Shown: positions 59,708 through 64,000 of the stretch, piece after piece | Layout: each line of letters begins with the position of its first letter | Numbering within the stretch: position 1 is the first letter of the stretch | Assembly (NCBI GenBank): GCA_977020255.1 | Contig: CDROCS010000506.1 | Location: 3,162,001 to 3,226,000 of the forward strand | Source of the DNA: Obrimoposthia wandeli | Taxonomy: Eukaryota | DNA: 64,000 bases | Direction of reading: 5' to 3' | The notes under the pieces: model-generated | Database searches by the model: none | Seen by the model: only the letters and a program-made list of their open reading frames with translations | What the model was told of the DNA's origin: nothing | Program-made: the position numbers and the translations under genes

Positions 59708-60562
59708 ATGGACATTGAATCGAGCTATAACACTTTTACATTAACGGTCGACAACAGCATCGCGCATTTACAATTTAATCGCCCTGAGAAATTGAATTCA
59801 ATGAACTTGGATTTTTGGCGTGAATTTCCAGTCGCTATTTCGGCACTTTCAATGAGCAATGATTTACGGGTATTGGTTATCTCGGCACAAGGTCCGCATT
59901 TCTGCGCAGGCATGGATTTAGAAGTATTTCAAACTCCAGATCAATTCCCCATGGGTAAAGATAAAGCCCGTGTTAGCGAGGCTATGCGCCGTTTTGTCAT
60001 GCAATTACAGCAAGTCTTTACCGACCTTGAGCAATTACGTGTACCGGTATTAACCGCTATTCAAGGCGGCTGTATTGGTGGTGCGTTAGATTTAGCAGCA
60101 GCATCAGACATGCGCTATTGTACTCAAGATGCGTTCTTTACCATTAAAGAAGTGGAGTTAGGTATTACTGCTGATTTGGGTACATTGCAGCGTTTACCGA
60201 GCATTTTACCCCAAGGTATTGTTCGAGAACTGGCGTACACAGGGCGTAATTTCAGCGCTGCTGAAGCGGATAAATTTGGTTTGGTTAATCAAGTATTCGC
60301 AACTCAAGAAGCTATGCTAGATGGGGTATTACAGATCGCCAGTCAGATCGCTGCACATTCACCGTTGGCGGTAACGGGCAGTAAAGAAATGCTGAATTAC
60401 AGCCGTGACCATAGCGTCGATGACAGTTTGAAATACATGGCAACGTGGCAATCTGGGATGTTGTGTTTAGAAGAAACAATGAAGATCATGCAAGCGAAAA
60501 AGCAGCGTAAAGCACCGGTATTAGATCCGTTACGCAAAGTCACTGGCTTATTTGCAGAATAA
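59708..60562 (+). CDS. Enoyl-CoA hydratase/isomerase (crotonase)
   Basis: FCAGMDL, GGCIGGALDL, ADLGTLQRLP. Confidence 0.92.
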   Translation: MDIESSYNTFTLTVDNSIAHLQFNRPEKLNSMNLDFWREFPVAISALSMSNDLRVLVISAQGPHFCAGMDLEVFQTPDQFPMGKDKARVSEAMRRFVMQLQQVFTDLEQLRVPVLTAIQGGCIGGALDLAAASDMRYCTQDAFFTIKEVELGITADLGTLQRLPSILPQGIVRELAYTGRNFSAAEADKFGLVNQVFATQEAMLDGVLQIASQIAAHSPLAVTGSKEMLNYSRDHSVDDSLKYMATWQSGMLCLEETMKIMQAKKQRKAPVLDPLRKVTGLFAE

Positions 60563-60688
60563 TAAAGAGTATAAAAAGTATAAAGAGTATAAAATGTGCT
60601 TGCTCGAAGACCTGCTAGAGACAGATGTAGGTCTTCGTTATAAGCTGATTTATTATCGGTAATGCCTCGGTGTTATGTAGGGAGAGGG

Positions 60689-61036
60689 TTATAACAAATT
60701 GTTAAACAGGTAACCTTCACCCGAGATGGTGATAATTTTATTATTACCAATGACGCTTCTGATTTCTGATATCGCAACCACCACTGAAGAATTGCTGACA
60801 ACTCGACCTGGCCAGCCAATATCTTTAATATCTTGTTTGCTAAAAATGATACCAGCGTTGTTATATAACACATTGATGATATTACGTTGTGGTCGAGAGA
60901 TTATTGTTAGCATCAAGCCTGTTTCTGCGTCAAGGACGACCTTGGTTTTTGACGATATTATCTTTCCATCTATCTCAACGTAAAACTCTTCTAATAAATT
61001 TTTTCGCTCTAATGTGGAATTATTTAACTGCATCAT
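60689..61036 (-). CDS. Stand-alone OmpR/CadC/ToxR-type winged-helix DNA-binding protein
   Basis: GWPGRVVSNSSVVVAISEIR ... ITISGEGY. Confidence 0.72.
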   Translation of the reverse strand: MMQLNNSTLERKNLLEEFYVEIDGKIISSKTKVVLDAETGLMLTIISRPQRNIINVLYNNAGIIFSKQDIKDIGWPGRVVSNSSVVVAISEIRSVIGNNKIITISGEGYLFNNLL

Positions 61037-61359
61037 ATTCTCTTGTGTTAATCATATCTTTAAAGTTGACTTATGGTAATAAACTGCACGGATACTTAGT
61101 ACCGTAAAACTACTGATTTAATAATTTAATAATTATTAAAGGCACAGTATTGTGCAGGGGGAGGGGGTTAGAAATTATTACATTTAACTAAAATCCAACA
61201 TGCTTCAAACATTACCATAAGAAATAATATAAAAATAAACTAAAACAATAATAAAACGATAATAATAATACCCAGATAAAACGTTAATAAAAAACAAGGT
61301 AAGAATCATAAGATATACCGCCTGATAAACGAGACAAGCGATATATTATTGAAAAGAGA

Positions 61360-62793
61360 TTAAAGGGAAAGGTGCTGCTTATAAAATCCTAGTGCCTGCT
61401 CCCGCGCGGTTTTGTGATCGACAATGGGCGGGTAATAGATCGCCGTTTGCCCTGTATCCGCTAAATACGGATGGGGGAAATGGATCTGCTTACTGGGTAA
61501 TGCTGCTAGCTCTGGTACGAACTTACGAATAAATTCACCTTCAGCGTCAAATTTCTTACTTTGGGTTATTGGGTTGAAAATCCGAAAATAGGGTTGTGCG
61601 TCACAACCAGTCCCTGCTGCCCATTGCCAGCCGCCATTGTTCGCGGAAAAGTCACCATCGATAAGGTGCTGCATAAAGAAACGCTCGCCACGTCGCCAGT
61701 CCACCAATAAATGCTTGGTTAAAAAGCTCGCCACGACCATACGTAATCGGTTGTGCATCCAACCCGTTTGTAATAGCTGGCGCATCGCTGCATCGACTAA
61801 AGGGTAGCCTGTCTTGCCTTGGCACCAAGCATCAAACAAGGCGTTGTCGTTAGGCCAATACAAGTGGTTATATTTTTGTTGGTAATTTTGATGTTTACAC
61901 AATGCTGGAAAATGAAACAATAAATGTTTGTAAAAATCTCGCCACGCCAGTTCATTGAGCCAACAAAAAGCAGGTGACGCTATATCATCAAGTACTGTTG
62001 GGAATGCTTGTGTTAATGCATTGACTAGGGTGCGCGGACTTATCGCGCCAATGGCTAAATAAGGGGATAGCCCTGATGTCCCTTTTATCGCTGGATAGTC
62101 TCTTAGCTGCTGGTAATCCTGGCACTTATTTTCAATAAATTCGGGAATTACTTGCTGTAAAATGACAGTTACTAGCGGCCATTTTTTGGAACAGGTTTTA
62201 TTACCTGCTAATACAATGTCTTCTCTTGGCTGGTGGCCTACTACTGTCGTTGTGGCTGCTGTGATAGCTGCGGGCTCAGGCAAGAAAGCCAAATTGAGTG
62301 GGTTCTGCCTTAACTGTTTTAACCAGGCATTACGAAAGGGGGTAAACACCTTATACATTTCATGCTGGCCATTGAGTACAGCGCCTTTTGGCACGATGAC
62401 ATCGGCCTCGCTGAGTCGTAACGGCAGGCCATTGGCGATGATCTTTTCATCACGGCGATGTTCGTTTAGTTCAACTTCGCTGTTGGCGTAAATATATTTG
62501 ATCTGTTGTGCTTGGCAGTATGTGGTTAAACAGTCAATTTGCGCTTCAAAATCTGTCACGGTTAAGCAGGTTAGTTCCACGCCGAGTTCAGCGAGCTGAT
62601 CACGTAATAAATTTAAATGGCGCTCAATAAAATCAAGCTGAATAGGCGCCATATCATGCAGTACCCATTGTCCAAGTGGAGCAATGAATAAAGCTTTAGT
62701 GCAACCTTGTCTTAATGCTTTCGCCAAAGCTGGGTTATCTAATATACGTAAGTCGCTGCGAAACCACATGACACTTTCAGCTTTATTTTCCAT
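61360..62793 (-). CDS. phrB: Deoxyribodipyrimidine photolyase
   Basis: WFRSDLRILDNPAL, TSGLSPYL, GWMHNRLRM, DGDFSANNGGWQW. Confidence 0.95.
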   Translation of the reverse strand: MENKAESVMWFRSDLRILDNPALAKALRQGCTKALFIAPLGQWVLHDMAPIQLDFIERHLNLLRDQLAELGVELTCLTVTDFEAQIDCLTTYCQAQQIKYIYANSEVELNEHRRDEKIIANGLPLRLSEADVIVPKGAVLNGQHEMYKVFTPFRNAWLKQLRQNPLNLAFLPEPAAITAATTTVVGHQPREDIVLAGNKTCSKKWPLVTVILQQVIPEFIENKCQDYQQLRDYPAIKGTSGLSPYLAIGAISPRTLVNALTQAFPTVLDDIASPAFCWLNELAWRDFYKHLLFHFPALCKHQNYQQKYNHLYWPNDNALFDAWCQGKTGYPLVDAAMRQLLQTGWMHNRLRMVVASFLTKHLLVDWRRGERFFMQHLIDGDFSANNGGWQWAAGTGCDAQPYFRIFNPITQSKKFDAEGEFIRKFVPELAALPSKQIHFPHPYLADTGQTAIYYPPIVDHKTAREQALGFYKQHLSL

Positions 62794-62892
62794 TCGTTAT
62801 TATCCACTCGTTATTATCGTTCCGTTATGCCGCATAAACTTATTCCGATCAATTCCTTTCCCACTCACGGCGATTAATTTATCGCTCTAAAA

Positions 62893-63864
62893 TTAAATGC
62901 CGTATCTTAATTTTAACGAATCAGGGTAAGGAGATAGATATACCTGAGAATTTAAATAGTCATTCGAGTGCTGTTTCAAATAATGATTAATCAGTGTTAA
63001 TGGCACTAATAATGGTGCTAAACCCGTGCGGTAATCATCGATGTGTTGGGTGAGCTCAGATTTTTCATCGGTGTTTAAATGGGATTTAAAATAGCCCTGT
63101 AAATGGTGTAGGGTATTGGTATGGCTTTTACGGTTTGCCATGTGTTTTAACCCCGCCATTAGCCCTGCTATATATTTATCCGCCATCTCTTCTAAATTCA
63201 TATCAGCGTTACCTAACAATTTACCAACGCTTTTGTATGATGGCGTGTGATGGCTCATTAACAGGTATTTCCTTTCACTGTGGAATTTAATCAGTTTATG
63301 TTTTGTTAAACCACTGGCGACCAGTTCTTGCCAAAGTTTGTAGGTATATACGCGAATAATAAAGTTTTCACGTAACCCTGCATCATTTAAACGGCCATTT
63401 TCTTCACAAGGTAGCAGTGGGTTTAGCTCCATGATTTGTTTTGTGAACAGCCCAACCCCGTCATTTGCACTGCCTTTACCGTGTTCGTAATACACTTTTA
63501 CGCGTTCCATACCGCAACTTGGACTTTTCTGACAGAAAATGAAACCACTCAAGCCATCAATGTTACGACCTACCGACTGACCATAGTCTGTCAACGCTTG
63601 CGTTACGTCACCACTACCATCTGGACGACTTACAGCAATGACATCGCCGTGTTTAATTTGACGTATTGTTGGTCGTGGCGTCGGTAACCCTACCGCCATT
63701 TCAGGACAAAAGCCTTTGAACTCCATATGTTTGCTTAATTCATTCATACAGAAGTCTGATTTTTTATGACTCTTATCAAAACGAACCGGTTCGCCTTTAA
63801 CACAAGCACTGATACCGAGCGTAATTGTTGTTTTTGGTATGATCATAGTGGCCGCCGTTTTCAA
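62893..63864 (-). CDS. ybgA: YbgA family (DUF523 + DUF1722) protein
   Basis: GISAC..G..VRFD..HK, CPEMAVGL, KSPSCGMERV, HLQGYFK, YL.PYP. Confidence 0.92.
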   Translation of the reverse strand: MKTAATMIIPKTTITLGISACVKGEPVRFDKSHKKSDFCMNELSKHMEFKGFCPEMAVGLPTPRPTIRQIKHGDVIAVSRPDGSGDVTQALTDYGQSVGRNIDGLSGFIFCQKSPSCGMERVKVYYEHGKGSANDGVGLFTKQIMELNPLLPCEENGRLNDAGLRENFIIRVYTYKLWQELVASGLTKHKLIKFHSERKYLLMSHHTPSYKSVGKLLGNADMNLEEMADKYIAGLMAGLKHMANRKSHTNTLHHLQGYFKSHLNTDEKSELTQHIDDYRTGLAPLLVPLTLINHYLKQHSNDYLNSQVYLSPYPDSLKLRYGI

Positions 63865-64000
63865 AAATTAATTTAAAAATCATCCATGCTGGAACGATTT
63901 GATGTTTTATAAGTGTTTTATTTTGTTGCTATAAATAACAATACGATAGTAATTAAAGAATAGATCACTATTAATTTAAAAAGTTTATTATTTAATTAAA

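Noticed and set aside
60563-60593. aaagagtata-like short repeat after the crotonase stop
   Set aside because: Three imperfect AT-rich copies with no structure or context suggesting function
306-63687. Numerous 60-160 aa overlapping or antisense ORFs in the track (e.g. 546..869, 3541..3837, 18891..19277, 30259..30735, 31318..31758)
   Set aside because: They overlap well-supported genes and show no motifs; treated as shadow ORFs
1-64000. rRNA, tRNA, IS, integrase or prophage genes
   Set aside because: None recognised by eye; tRNAscan or ISEScan would be needed to exclude degenerate remnants

Overview
AT-rich chromosomal segment of a marine gammaproteobacterium. The gene content looks Vibrionales/Alteromonadales-like and Moritella is my guess, but that is inference only. 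About 60 CDSs. I saw no rRNA, tRNA, transposase, integrase, prophage or CRISPR. Contents: a TmpA/TmpB-like phosphonate oxygenase pair; a PrnB/IDO-like heme enzyme next to a kynureninase-like PLP enzyme; an RND pump; three c-di-GMP enzymes; two MCPs; dadA with a divergent LysR; a stand-alone RpoS-like sigma factor; an orphan DNA methyltransferase; an mlaE-F-D-C-A operon; a DinB/NRDE + YHS/DoxX/double ATP-grasp/MFS cluster; tandem DUF5692-like membrane proteins; and ybgA-phrB. The strongest novel signal is at about 33752-34558, a candidate ~800-nt + strand non-coding RNA. It holds ten 54-nt tandem units plus two shorter units, each with a small hairpin whose stem variants preserve pairing (G.U and C-G/U-A changes) and purine-rich GUAAG linkers. 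A ~40-nt 5'/3' closing helix encloses the array, which has a candidate promoter and its own intrinsic terminator. Family calls come from motif recognition and memory, not database searches.
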